Positions 1 to 9,179 of a stretch of DNA of 64,000 nt are shown one piece after another. Origin of the DNA: Verrucomicrobiota bacterium (lineage in GTDB: Bacteria; Verrucomicrobiota; Kiritimatiellia; CAIVKH01); assembly GCA_024233345.1 (NCBI GenBank), contig JACKPT010000006.1, forward strand, positions 84,959-148,958, given 5' to 3'. Positions within the stretch are counted from its first letter, which is position 1. Each line of letters opens with the position of its first letter. Below the pieces are notes generated by a model. That model had not been told where the DNA came from. It searched no databases and was given only the letters and a program-made list of their open reading frames with translations. Position numbers and translations under genes: made by a program.

Positions 1-645
1 ATCAAACCGGGGTTCAAGGAATCGATTGAGCGGTTCACAGCTTCGGGCGGTGTCTTCGTCACCACGTTTTTCAGCGGGGTGGTCAACGAGTTCGACGAGG
101 TGTTCCATGGCGGCTATCCGGGACCGCTGAGCGAGTTGCTTGGGGTCAAGGTGGAAGAGTTTGAGGCAATGAAGCCCTATGTGCAGAATCGGGTAGTCGT
201 TGGTGACGATCTGCCCGGCCTCTCGGGCGATTATGACGCCACCCTGTGGTGCGACATCCTCCAACTGCATGGAGCAACCCCGCTGGCCACGTTCGGCGAG
301 GACTACTTCAAAGGTTCGCCCGCGGTCACCATGAACGAATTCGGCAAGGGCCGGGCCTACTACATCGCCACGCTGCCAACCAAGGACTTCCTGAAGCCGT
401 TTTTGAAACAGCTCTGCGCGGAGCAGGGCGTTCGGCCAGTGCTGGAAACCCCGGAAGGCGTGGAGGCGGTGGTCCGATCACGGGACGGCACCGACTACCT
501 CTTTGTGTTGAATCACAACTACGAACCGGTCGAAGTAACCCTGCCACCTGGATGGCACTTCGACCTGTTGACCCAGATCCGGGTGGAGGGTGTTGTCGCC
601 CTCGGACCCGTTCAAACCCTCATTCTCAAGGAGAACCCCACATGA
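1..645 (+). CDS. GH42 beta-galactosidase, C-terminal part (5' end lies outside the window)
   Basis: Frame 1 is open from nt 1 (IKPGFKESIERFTASGGVFVTTFFSG...). The segment ...GYPGPLSELLGVKVEEFEA...FGKGRAYYIATLP...LFVLNHN... resembles the trimerisation/C-terminal domains of GH42 enzymes. The TGA stop at 643-645 overlaps the next ATG (ATGA). Confidence 0.85.
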   Translation: MKPGFKESIERFTASGGVFVTTFFSGVVNEFDEVFHGGYPGPLSELLGVKVEEFEAMKPYVQNRVVVGDDLPGLSGDYDATLWCDILQLHGATPLATFGEDYFKGSPAVTMNEFGKGRAYYIATLPTKDFLKPFLKQLCAEQGVRPVLETPEGVEAVVRSRDGTDYLFVLNHNYEPVEVTLPPGWHFDLLTQIRVEGVVALGPVQTLILKENPT

Positions 646-2831
646 GCAACGAAATCAAAGTACGGAAATATGGATTTACTCTGCCCGCACAGGCCGGCAT
701 GGATGACGTGGTTCTGGATCTGGCCAGGCGCTGGGGCGCGGATGCGTTCCGGGACTCGGATGGTACCGTGCTGTCCGATTCCATTACCAGTCTCGGCTAC
801 GACATCTATTCGACCCTCTGCCTGATCCGGGCGGATCAGGAATGGAACCGAGCGCATCCCGAGGACAACCAACAGAAGTATCTCTATTCCACGCCCCAGA
901 CCGCGCGCGACGTCGTCATGGAGATTGACATCCTTGCCCGATACTCCCCCGAACAGTACCGGATCGACGAAACCCACGCGTATAAGAAATACTGGGAGGT
1001 CATCAACCGTACCACCGGCGAGGTGGTGCCCGTTTCAGACTGGGACTACGCCGACGGCATTGTCACGGTGCGCAACTGCACCCGGTGGCACGTGTACAGC
1101 GTGAATTTCCTTGTCTACCAGATCTGGGAAACCACCTCGATGTACAACCACCTCACCAACAACTGGGGCGACAAACCCCACCAGTCGGGGGTGGATCCGC
1201 GCAAGCAGGCGACCCGCGAACATCTCGCGATGTTCCTCGACAAGTGGCTGGCCACCCATCCCGACACCGACTTCGTTCGGTTCACGTCGATGGCCTACCA
1301 GTTCCCCATCATCACCAACCCGAAGCACGAGACCCTCTACCAGGACTGGTACGGGTATCTGGACTGCATGTCCACCCAGGCGCTCGACGAATTCGAGGCG
1401 AAGAAGGGCTACCGCCTCCGCCCCAACGATCTCGTGGACGACGGCTACTTCAACTCCACCGACCGGGTGCCGAAAAAGGCCTACCTCGACTGGATCGAGT
1501 TTATCCACGACTTTATGGTGGAGTGGGCAAGCCAATGCGTGAATCAGGTTCATGCTGCGGGCAAGAAGGCGATCCTCTTCTATTGCGATCACTGGATCGG
1601 CACCGAGCCCTACAAGCCGCGGTTCCAGGAAATCGGTTACGACGGAATCATCGGGCCATGTATCAATGGACGCGAAGTCCGCCGGATCGCCGATGTCCCC
1701 GGTGACCTGGTCAAGGAGCTGCGGCTGTACCCGTATTTCTTCCCGGTGGATCTCCTCGACAAGCCCACCTTCCAGGCGGGCGGCGACCCGGTTGCCGATT
1801 GCCGAAAGTACTGGATGTGGATCCGGCGTGCCATGCTCCGCAAGATGGTTCACCGCATTGGCTACGGTGGCTACCTCGACCTCGCGGTGAAGTTCCCCGA
1901 TTTCATCGACTACCTGGAATACCAGACAAAGGAATTCTACGGGATGTGCGAACACACTGACTTCACCCCGGTGGAAAATGCCCCGTTCAAGGTGGCCATC
2001 CTCAACGCGTGGGGCAAGGACCGCTCCTGGGGGTTCGACCAGTCGTGGCCGGAGGGCGGCATCACCGAGTCCTTGTCCGGGCAGCCGTTTGACCTGATGT
2101 GGATCAACTTCGACGACCTGCGCAATGGGTTGCCGGACGATGTCGGGGTGATCATCAACCTCGGCCTTGCCAGGACATCGTGGAGCGGCGGGGAGAATTG
2201 GAAAGACCCGAACGTGGTCGCGGCGATTCGCGACTTCGTAGATGCCGGCGGCGGTTTCCTCGGGATACTCGACCCCTCGGCCTGCGAGCATGGAGGAGCC
2301 TTCTATCAACTCTGGGATATCCTCGGCGTGCAGAAGGAGGTCGGCCTGTCGAACGACTGCAAGAAGGTGATTCCTACCGACGTGACCGAGGGTCATTTCA
2401 TTGCCGAGGACTTCAACGGCCTTGCCCCTGCACTCGGCAAGCATGTGCAGCGTATCTACCCCGGTCTTGAATCCACCACGATCATTGCCAAGGACAGCGA
2501 AGGCAGCGTTACCATCGCCGCCAATCCCTTTGGTAGGGGACGTGGGGTCTATCTCGCCGGGTTCCAGCTTGGGGCGGAACAGAACCGCCTTCTGCAGCGG
2601 GCGATCTGGTACGCAGCGGGGAAGGAAGACCAGATGCCCAGGCGATGGTTCTCCGCCAACCTCCACACCGAGATCGCCGCCTACCCGGAAACCGGAAAGT
2701 ATATCGTGATTAATAACGCCAACGAGCCCCAGACCACGGTGATCACCGACGGGAATGGCATGGAACACACCGTCCGCCTCGAATCCAATGCATCACGCTG
2801 GTTCGATTTCGCGGGGAATGAACTAGCTTGA
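642..2831 (+). CDS. lnpA: GH112 1,3-beta-galactosyl-N-acetylhexosamine (galacto-/lacto-N-biose) phosphorylase
   Basis: MSNEIKVRKYGFTLP...ARRWGADAFRDSDGT..., KYWEVINRTTGEVV, MYNHLTNNWGDK, LDEFEAKKGYRLRP, DHWIGTEPYK, GYGGYLDLAVKFP, KVAILNAWGKDRSW and GRGRGVYLAGF are collinear with Bifidobacterium LNBP as I recall it. The start was chosen at ATG 642; the ORF-track extension from 246 is a high-GC artefact. Confidence 0.93.
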   Translation: MSNEIKVRKYGFTLPAQAGMDDVVLDLARRWGADAFRDSDGTVLSDSITSLGYDIYSTLCLIRADQEWNRAHPEDNQQKYLYSTPQTARDVVMEIDILARYSPEQYRIDETHAYKKYWEVINRTTGEVVPVSDWDYADGIVTVRNCTRWHVYSVNFLVYQIWETTSMYNHLTNNWGDKPHQSGVDPRKQATREHLAMFLDKWLATHPDTDFVRFTSMAYQFPIITNPKHETLYQDWYGYLDCMSTQALDEFEAKKGYRLRPNDLVDDGYFNSTDRVPKKAYLDWIEFIHDFMVEWASQCVNQVHAAGKKAILFYCDHWIGTEPYKPRFQEIGYDGIIGPCINGREVRRIADVPGDLVKELRLYPYFFPVDLLDKPTFQAGGDPVADCRKYWMWIRRAMLRKMVHRIGYGGYLDLAVKFPDFIDYLEYQTKEFYGMCEHTDFTPVENAPFKVAILNAWGKDRSWGFDQSWPEGGITESLSGQPFDLMWINFDDLRNGLPDDVGVIINLGLARTSWSGGENWKDPNVVAAIRDFVDAGGGFLGILDPSACEHGGAFYQLWDILGVQKEVGLSNDCKKVIPTDVTEGHFIAEDFNGLAPALGKHVQRIYPGLESTTIIAKDSEGSVTIAANPFGRGRGVYLAGFQLGAEQNRLLQRAIWYAAGKEDQMPRRWFSANLHTEIAAYPETGKYIVINNANEPQTTVITDGNGMEHTVRLESNASRWFDFAGNELA

Positions 2832-2910
2832 TCTCCAACGCGGGACGAGGCTTCAGTCATTGACCAAGCCCATCCCTTTCACAGGTGTAGACAAGGAAAG
2901 GCTGAACACG

Positions 2911-3411
2911 ATGAAAATCCAACTGTCGTCGCTGCTCGGGCTGGGACTGCTCATCAGCATCCAGAACGCACCGTTTGTCCAGGCTGGAAACGAAACCCTG
3001 GAAGATTCAACACCTCCCGAGCAGCAGGAAGAAATTGCGGTCGGGCCCGCAGCGGGAACCGAGAACAGCGGGGCAACCGTGGAGGCTAATGAACCCTCAC
3101 GGGACCACGAGCTCGCCGCTCTGGATGCACGGATCGCGCGTCTCGAAAGGGACGCTAAGGAACTCGCGGAAAAGAAGGACCAGGCACGGCTCTTCCAGGA
3201 TATGGCACAATCCCGCGATCAAACCGTCAACGCCAGGGAGGCTGGCGAACTCTACGAACGCTTGCACCGAGAGTGGGTGGCACTCCGCTCAGAGATTCAA
3301 CAAATCCGGGTGGAACGCGACAGACTGCTTGCCCAAAGGGAGATGGAGCCGGAGGAGATCGAACCTTCGCCTCCGGCCCCTCAACACGATGACCTCCCGG
3401 CAGGCGAATAG
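2911..3411 (+). CDS. secreted coiled-coil hypothetical protein
   Basis: ATG 2911 is preceded by AAGGAAAGG. There is a signal peptide (MKIQLSSLLGLGLLISIQNAPFVQA), followed by an acidic and heptad-like charged sequence. No family recognised. Confidence 0.5.
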   Translation: MKIQLSSLLGLGLLISIQNAPFVQAGNETLEDSTPPEQQEEIAVGPAAGTENSGATVEANEPSRDHELAALDARIARLERDAKELAEKKDQARLFQDMAQSRDQTVNAREAGELYERLHREWVALRSEIQQIRVERDRLLAQREMEPEEIEPSPPAPQHDDLPAGE

Positions 3412-3436
3412 AGCCGCGCCGAAGAAACACACGGCC

Positions 3437-5362
3437 ATGTCGGGGATGATCCGCAGCGTTTTTGTAATCTCCCTGATCATGCTATCGGCGCCGGCATTCG
3501 CCGAACCGGATGTACCAGCGACCCGGAACATCCCGGTGAAGAACCCCGGCTTCGAGTCCGGGAACCTCCAGGGATGGAATGAACGGAGTTGGCTGACCCG
3601 CCGGGCGCGGGTTGTCCGGAACCCGCACGAGGGCGACTATGCCCTCGCACTCGGGCCCGAAACGGGCCGGGCGGCCCAGCTCGTACCGATTCAACCCGGC
3701 GGGATCTACCGCTTGTCCGCCGTGGTCAAGACCGATGCCGGGTCGGAAGAGGTCCAGCTCATCGCCAGCGAGTACGGCGGAGTCAAGGCGTCGGTCTCCA
3801 GCGCCCTCACTCAGTTCACGAAGGTATCACTCGAGTTCGAGTCGGCCCGTGCGGCGGACCATGTCCTGATCACCGTTGCACACCCCGCGGGTCCAGGCCG
3901 AGGTTATGTCGACGAGATCGTGCTGACAAAGATCGGGGATACCCCCCCTCCCCGCATCGAGGACATGGCCCTGCCGAGGTCCCGCCATATTCTTGAAGAA
4001 GGCGGCGTTGCCCAGCAGCCCGACGAGGTGATGCAGTGGTTCCTTGACGCCAAATTCGGGATGTTCATCCACTGGGGCGTCTATGCGGCCATGGACGAGG
4101 GTGCGGAATGGGTGATGCACGACAAGGCGTATTCTCCCAAGGCCTACCGCGAACGGGCCGAGAATCCGGAAAGCGGATTTACCGCATCCAGTTATGATCC
4201 CGACGAATGGGCCGCGCTCGCCAAGGCCGCCGGCATGAAGTACGTCGTGCTTACCGCGCGCCACCATGACGGCTATGCGTTGTTCGACAGCCACCACGAG
4301 AACAGTTGGACCAGCGTGCAGCACCTTGGACGGGACTTCATTCGTGAATACGTCGAAGCGGTCCGCCGTGCGGGGCTGCAGGTAGGTCTGTACTACTCGC
4401 CCATGAGCTGGCGCTACCCCGGCTACTACAACGTCACCGGCCGTGACATGAAACCCAACGTCTGGAACTACCGGCCTGAGCCGTGGCACAAGGAAAACGC
4501 CCGCGTCATGAAGGAAGAAGCCTACGAGCAGGTTACCCGGCTTCTTTCCGATTATGGCCCGCGCGCGTATATGTTCTGGGACGGCGCCTGGCTTGGTCAG
4601 ACCATCGATCCCGAACTTGAGGACCGGTTCTGGGATACCGGCCGTTATCAGAATCCCGACAAAGAATGGCCGATCGGCGAATCCTGCGTGGTTCGGGAGG
4701 ACGGCACCGGGAAGGCCCTCGGCATCATGGGGCTGGTGCGGAAATTTCAACCGCGCATGATTGTCAATGAACGGTTCAGTTGGATCGGCGATGTTCACGC
4801 CGAAGAGGGCGTTTCCGCATCGTCCGGACCGATCCGCGACCGCCAGGTCATGGAAAAGTGCTTGCCACTGATGAAGGGCGGTTGGGGTTTCCGTCCGGAC
4901 CGGCCGGTATTCAGTTTTGAGGAAGTCGCGGTTTATCTTTCCGACTGCGCCATCCGCAACATCAACCTGCTCCTGAATGTTTCACCGGACCGGCACGGAC
5001 GCATTCCGGACAACCAGCGTGGGGTTCTGCTTGAGATGGGAAACTGGCTCGGTCGTGTCGGTGATGCGTTCTTCGGAACGCGCGGCGGACCCTGGCAGCC
5101 CCTCTTTGGCGAATATGGATTCACCTGGCGGGAGGACAAGATCTACTGCCATATCCTGCCCGGGTACGAAGGCATTGCATCCGCCTCCTTCACGACACAA
5201 TCCCTCGGCGGCCGGGACGTGACCGGGGTGCGCGACTTGTCGAGCAACCAGCCTCTTGACTGGATCGAAAATGAAAACGGAACCCTGACGGTGTCGGGTA
5301 TCGGTTATTCGACCGACCCTCCCGTGACGATTCTCGAACTCACCCTGGCCGAAAGCCTCTAG
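3437..5362 (+). CDS. GH29 alpha-L-fucosidase with an N-terminal CBM-like beta-sandwich
   Basis: Signal peptide MSGMIRSVFVISLIMLSAPAFA. N-terminal segment NPGFESGNLQGW...VDEIVL is CBM4/9-like. The catalytic region FGMFIHWGVYA...KYVVLTARHHDGYALFDS is typical of GH29. Confidence 0.85.
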   Translation: MSGMIRSVFVISLIMLSAPAFAEPDVPATRNIPVKNPGFESGNLQGWNERSWLTRRARVVRNPHEGDYALALGPETGRAAQLVPIQPGGIYRLSAVVKTDAGSEEVQLIASEYGGVKASVSSALTQFTKVSLEFESARAADHVLITVAHPAGPGRGYVDEIVLTKIGDTPPPRIEDMALPRSRHILEEGGVAQQPDEVMQWFLDAKFGMFIHWGVYAAMDEGAEWVMHDKAYSPKAYRERAENPESGFTASSYDPDEWAALAKAAGMKYVVLTARHHDGYALFDSHHENSWTSVQHLGRDFIREYVEAVRRAGLQVGLYYSPMSWRYPGYYNVTGRDMKPNVWNYRPEPWHKENARVMKEEAYEQVTRLLSDYGPRAYMFWDGAWLGQTIDPELEDRFWDTGRYQNPDKEWPIGESCVVREDGTGKALGIMGLVRKFQPRMIVNERFSWIGDVHAEEGVSASSGPIRDRQVMEKCLPLMKGGWGFRPDRPVFSFEEVAVYLSDCAIRNINLLLNVSPDRHGRIPDNQRGVLLEMGNWLGRVGDAFFGTRGGPWQPLFGEYGFTWREDKIYCHILPGYEGIASASFTTQSLGGRDVTGVRDLSSNQPLDWIENENGTLTVSGIGYSTDPPVTILELTLAESL

Positions 5363-5368
5363 CATACA

Positions 5369-7015
5369 ATGAAACGGGTATGGAAATACATGCTGTTCCC
5401 CGTCACCGTGCTCACGATGATCGTGACGGAAGCCGCAGAGCGACCGCATGTCCTTGTCATCGTGCTGGATGATTTTGGAACCGGTCAGTTTGCGCCAATG
5501 GCCCGCCAACTGGAATTGGATCAGATCGATCCCGGCCTGCTGGCGTATACCGATGAACTGGATGAGCCGTATGACCGGCAGGCCGCTTTGGCTGCAGCCC
5601 GGCATGCCATGCCGTTCATGGACACCTTGGCCGGGCATGGTGTGTTGTTCAGCCGGGCCTTCGCCGCCAACAGCCTGTGCGCCCCCAGCCGGCAGGCGAT
5701 TCTGACCGGGTCCAATCCGCTCCGCTGGGGTGCGTATCGCAACATCGACGTCGAGGCCTGCGGCCTGCAGGAACGGAGCCTCGCCGGACGGTTTCGCGAT
5801 GTCGGGTACCGCACCGCCTTCATCGGCAAGTGGCATGTTGGACCGTGGGACACCAATCTCCTCGCGGAAGTCGAGGCCCGGGGCGGTACCTATGCGGACG
5901 CACTCGATGCAGGCTACGAGGGCTCCGTCCGCGAAGCGGACCACCCCCTCAACAACGGTTTCGACTATGCCTTCTTCTACAACCGCTGGGAATGCCCCTA
6001 CTATGGCTCCCGGTTGCTCTGGGAGGACCGGACCTTCACCGGCGTTCAACCGGAGTACAACACCGACCTGTTCACCCGGAAAGCAGCTGCATTTCTTGCG
6101 AAGGCGCTGGATGAGGAACGTCCTTTCTTTCTCCAATTGGCCTTTCATACCGCCCACCTGCCGCTGGATGTCGATGCCCCCGAGGCTTATTCCGGCCGGT
6201 TCGATACCGGGCACCCGGCCATCAATCGTTTCTATACCCATCTCTTCGCAGTCGACAGTGCGGTGAAGCGTTTGGTCGACATGCTCCGGGCCCGTGGCGT
6301 GTGGGAAAACACAATCCTGTTCTTTACCTCCGATAACGGCGCGACCTGCAAGGTCGGCAACGGCGACCTGAGCCTGATTCCGGGCAATGGCATTCACCGT
6401 GGCCACAAGGGGCAATACTTTCTCGGCGGCATCCGGGTTCCGCTTCTGATGACCTGGCCCGCCGGAATCCGGGAACCGGCGCGGATCGATGCCGCGGTTT
6501 CACTGATGGACATCCTGCCCACCGCTCTGGCCGCGGCCGGGGCCGCCATCCCCGAAGGAATCGACGGCAGGAGTCTGCTCCCCCTGATCGCGGGCGAAAC
6601 GCCTTCCGTTCACGAACGTTTGTACTTCGCCGGCATTCATGCCGCGGCCTGGGGTTATTCCGGGGCCTACGTCTATGGCGATGCCCAGGCAAGGCGGGAT
6701 CTCTGGCCCGGAGCCTGGGCCGTGGTCGAAGGCGATTACATCCTGCGGTTCGTGGGCCGGCTCGACCGGGGCCTCGAACAGGCGTGGCCGGAGGGGCGCC
6801 CCTCCCACCTTGCCCTCTATGACCTTGCCGACGATCCGATCGAGCAGCATGACCTGTCGAAGAGGGACCCCGAACGGGTCGAGCGGATGAAGCGGGACTT
6901 CCAATCGTTCGCGAAAGAGCTTCCCCCGCCCCACCGATGGGACCGTCGCCGCTGGGAGGAATTGATTGCGCAAGGAGATGCACAAATGAACACCGACCGG
7001 AGGCCCTTACAATGA
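5369..7015 (+). CDS. Cys-type sulfatase (S1 family)
   Basis: VLVIVLDDFG...SLCAPSRQAILTG (CxPxR), GKWHVG and FFTSDNG motifs are present. The stop overlaps the next start (ATGA at 7012-7015). Confidence 0.9.
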   Translation: MKRVWKYMLFPVTVLTMIVTEAAERPHVLVIVLDDFGTGQFAPMARQLELDQIDPGLLAYTDELDEPYDRQAALAAARHAMPFMDTLAGHGVLFSRAFAANSLCAPSRQAILTGSNPLRWGAYRNIDVEACGLQERSLAGRFRDVGYRTAFIGKWHVGPWDTNLLAEVEARGGTYADALDAGYEGSVREADHPLNNGFDYAFFYNRWECPYYGSRLLWEDRTFTGVQPEYNTDLFTRKAAAFLAKALDEERPFFLQLAFHTAHLPLDVDAPEAYSGRFDTGHPAINRFYTHLFAVDSAVKRLVDMLRARGVWENTILFFTSDNGATCKVGNGDLSLIPGNGIHRGHKGQYFLGGIRVPLLMTWPAGIREPARIDAAVSLMDILPTALAAAGAAIPEGIDGRSLLPLIAGETPSVHERLYFAGIHAAAWGYSGAYVYGDAQARRDLWPGAWAVVEGDYILRFVGRLDRGLEQAWPEGRPSHLALYDLADDPIEQHDLSKRDPERVERMKRDFQSFAKELPPPHRWDRRRWEELIAQGDAQMNTDRRPLQ

Positions 7016-8391
7016 AATTCCTGCTCCCACCTATCGCGGCGACTCTGTTTCTGGCTTGCACCGTGGGTGCATCGACAGTGACAAAACCCAACCTGGTCAT
7101 CATCCTGACCGATGATCAGGGCTATGCAGATGTTGGATTCAATGGGTGCACCGACATCCCCACCCCGCATATCGACTCCATCGCGGATCTCGGCGGGCGT
7201 TTCTCGAATGGCTATGTCACCCACCCAGTGTGCGGACCCAGCCGGGCCGCCCTGTTGACGGGCCGCTATCAAGGGCGGTTCGGATTCAACACCAATCCCA
7301 GCGTGGATCCGGACAACCCGGACGTCGGGATCCCCCATGACCAGAAAAACATCGCCGAGGTGCTGTCCAAGGTGGGCTACACCAGCGCGGTCATCGGCAA
7401 GTGGCACATGGGCAGCCATCCCGACCACCATCCACTGAGTCGCGGGTTTGACTACTTCTTCGGGTTTCTGACCGGTGGACACCGCTATCTCCCCGGCGAA
7501 CTGACCCTGAACGACTTGTCTGAGGTGAAGCAGGACTGGGAATGGTACAAGACCCGGATCATGGAGAACCGCGAACGGGTGGATATCGACGACTACCTGA
7601 CCGACGCACTGACCGATGCGGGGGTGAGGTTTATCCGCAGGGCGGCTCAAAGCGACAAGCCGTTCATGCTCTACCTCGCCTACAACGCGCCCCACACCCC
7701 GCTCCAGGCCACGGAGAAATACCTGTCGCGGTTTCGGGACATCCGGGACGAGAACCGCCGTATCTATGCGGCAATGGTGAGCGCGGTGGACGACGGGGTG
7801 GGCCGCGTTCTGGAGACTCTCCGGGATCTCGGCCTCGAAGACAACACCATCGTCGCCTTCCTCTCGGACAACGGCGGGGCGCGGAACAACGCCTCCCGGA
7901 ATACCCCGCTTCGCGGCTTCAAGAGCGACTTTTTCGACGGCGGGTTGCGGGTGCCCTTCGCCATGATGTGGCCGGGCGTGATCCCCCCCGGCCTCCAGTA
8001 TGACAAGCCGGTGATCTCGCTCGATCTTCTCGGCACCATCGCCGGCGTCACCGGTGCGGGGATCGACCCGGAACGACCGCTCGATGGGGTCAACCTTATC
8101 CCCTACCTCACCGGGGAACAAGACGGCGCGCCGCACCAGGCACTCTACTGGCGGGCCCCCGGTCCCAACCAGATGGCCACACGCAAGGGTGAACTGAAAC
8201 TGGTGGCCAATCGCGACCGCCTTAAGGACACCTACCAGCTTTTCGATCTCGGGGAGGACATCGCCGAGCAAAACGACCTGCAGCCTGAACGCCAGGACGC
8301 GAAAACCGAGCTTCTGGAGGCATGGGAGGCCTGGAATTCGGAACTCAAGCCGCAACCCTTCCCCGCCCTCGGCGATGTGTGGTGGCGATGA
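7012..8391 (+). CDS. Cys-type sulfatase (arylsulfatase A/GALNS-like)
   Basis: Signal peptide, then NLVIILTDDQGYADVG...HPVCGPSRAALLTGRY, GKWHMG, AYNAPHTPLQ, FLSDNGG and GGLRVPF. Confidence 0.9.
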   Translation: MKFLLPPIAATLFLACTVGASTVTKPNLVIILTDDQGYADVGFNGCTDIPTPHIDSIADLGGRFSNGYVTHPVCGPSRAALLTGRYQGRFGFNTNPSVDPDNPDVGIPHDQKNIAEVLSKVGYTSAVIGKWHMGSHPDHHPLSRGFDYFFGFLTGGHRYLPGELTLNDLSEVKQDWEWYKTRIMENRERVDIDDYLTDALTDAGVRFIRRAAQSDKPFMLYLAYNAPHTPLQATEKYLSRFRDIRDENRRIYAAMVSAVDDGVGRVLETLRDLGLEDNTIVAFLSDNGGARNNASRNTPLRGFKSDFFDGGLRVPFAMMWPGVIPPGLQYDKPVISLDLLGTIAGVTGAGIDPERPLDGVNLIPYLTGEQDGAPHQALYWRAPGPNQMATRKGELKLVANRDRLKDTYQLFDLGEDIAEQNDLQPERQDAKTELLEAWEAWNSELKPQPFPALGDVWWR

Positions 8392-9179
8392 TGGTACGTT
8401 GCCTGTCCATGGCTGGTAAGGCCGTCGGAGCAATCCTGCTCATGGTTGGCGGAATGGCGGCGGCCGAAACCAACCCGCTCCAAGTCGTGGTCTGCGCGGG
8501 CCAGAGCAACATGCAGGGCGACGGCCAGGTGAGCGAACTGCCAGCGTACCTTGCCGCACCTCAACCCGACGTCCTCTTCTTCGATGGCCGGGAATGGAGT
8601 CCCCTCGCCCCCGGCAAGACGGCTCCCAGTCCCGCGAATTTCGGCCCGGAACTTTCGTTCGGGAAACGGTTCCAGGCCCTGGTCGGTGAAAACATCGGCC
8701 TGATCAAGCACAGCAAGGGCACGACCAACCTCGCGGTTGATCGGAATCCCGATCTCCCGGCTTCCCTGTATCAGCAGCTTCTGGCCAAGGTGCGGACGGC
8801 ACGGCAAACAAGGCCATTGGAGATCGTCGGGATGATCTGGATGCAGGGCGAGCGGGATACGACACGCGAAGACTGGGCCGAGGCCTACCGCGACAACCTG
8901 GAGGCGTTGATCGCGCGGGCCCGCAAGGACTTCCAAAGCCCCGGCATGTTCTTTGTCGCGGGCCGCGTCAACCCGCCCAACCGCGAATGGGCTCCGCTCG
9001 TCCGCGCTGCTCAGGAACATTGTTCTGCCCCCAGATACGCCTGGATCGACTGCGACGATCTGGCTGGAGCCGAGAACATGCATTACGGGTCATGGGGCTA
9101 CATCACCATGGGAAACAAGTTCGCCGACGCGTTGTGGAAGGGCATGGGTGAGGGGGCCGATCCGCCCTCCGGGGATTAA
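8388..9179 (+). CDS. SASA/DUF303-type carbohydrate esterase (sialate O-acetylesterase-like, short form)
   Basis: Signal peptide, then VVVCAGQSNMQGDG and WMQGERD motifs. ATG 8388 overlaps the preceding stop (ATGA). Confidence 0.7.
   Translation: MMVRCLSMAGKAVGAILLMVGGMAAAETNPLQVVVCAGQSNMQGDGQVSELPAYLAAPQPDVLFFDGREWSPLAPGKTAPSPANFGPELSFGKRFQALVGENIGLIKHSKGTTNLAVDRNPDLPASLYQQLLAKVRTARQTRPLEIVGMIWMQGERDTTREDWAEAYRDNLEALIARARKDFQSPGMFFVAGRVNPPNREWAPLVRAAQEHCSAPRYAWIDCDDLAGAENMHYGSWGYITMGNKFADALWKGMGEGADPPSGD

Noticed and set aside
246-641. N-terminal extensions given by the ORF track. Examples: 246->642, 2975->3437, 6937->7012, 8322->8388, 10654->10588, 17911->17863, 25593->25551, 28701->28536, 41352->41124, 50995->50668, 50971->51220, 56784->56871.
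   Set aside because: The extensions overlap the preceding gene in another frame and have shadow-ORF composition. They are followed by an internal ATG that begins a signal peptide or a conserved N-terminus, often with an ATGA overlap or an SD-like sequence.
1035-2768. Very long antisense or alternate-frame ORFs. Examples: 1035-2768(-), 4982-6415(-), 6817-8433(-), 19837-21243(-), 21268-22299(-), 37019-38962(+), 41313-44165(+), 57935-60688(-). The many 60-300-aa ORFs overlapping annotated genes belong to the same class.
   Set aside because: Their translations are Arg/Gly/Pro/Ala-rich and low in complexity, with no recognisable motifs. Each lies opposite or out of frame to an ORF with clear family signatures. 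These are typical stop-codon-poor shadow ORFs of high-GC DNA.
9176-9179. The convergent esterase genes overlap at their stop codons in the palindrome TTAA.
   Set aside because: The overlap is real but trivial. A 4-nt tail-to-tail overlap of stop codons has no obvious functional implication, and there is no terminator hairpin between the genes.
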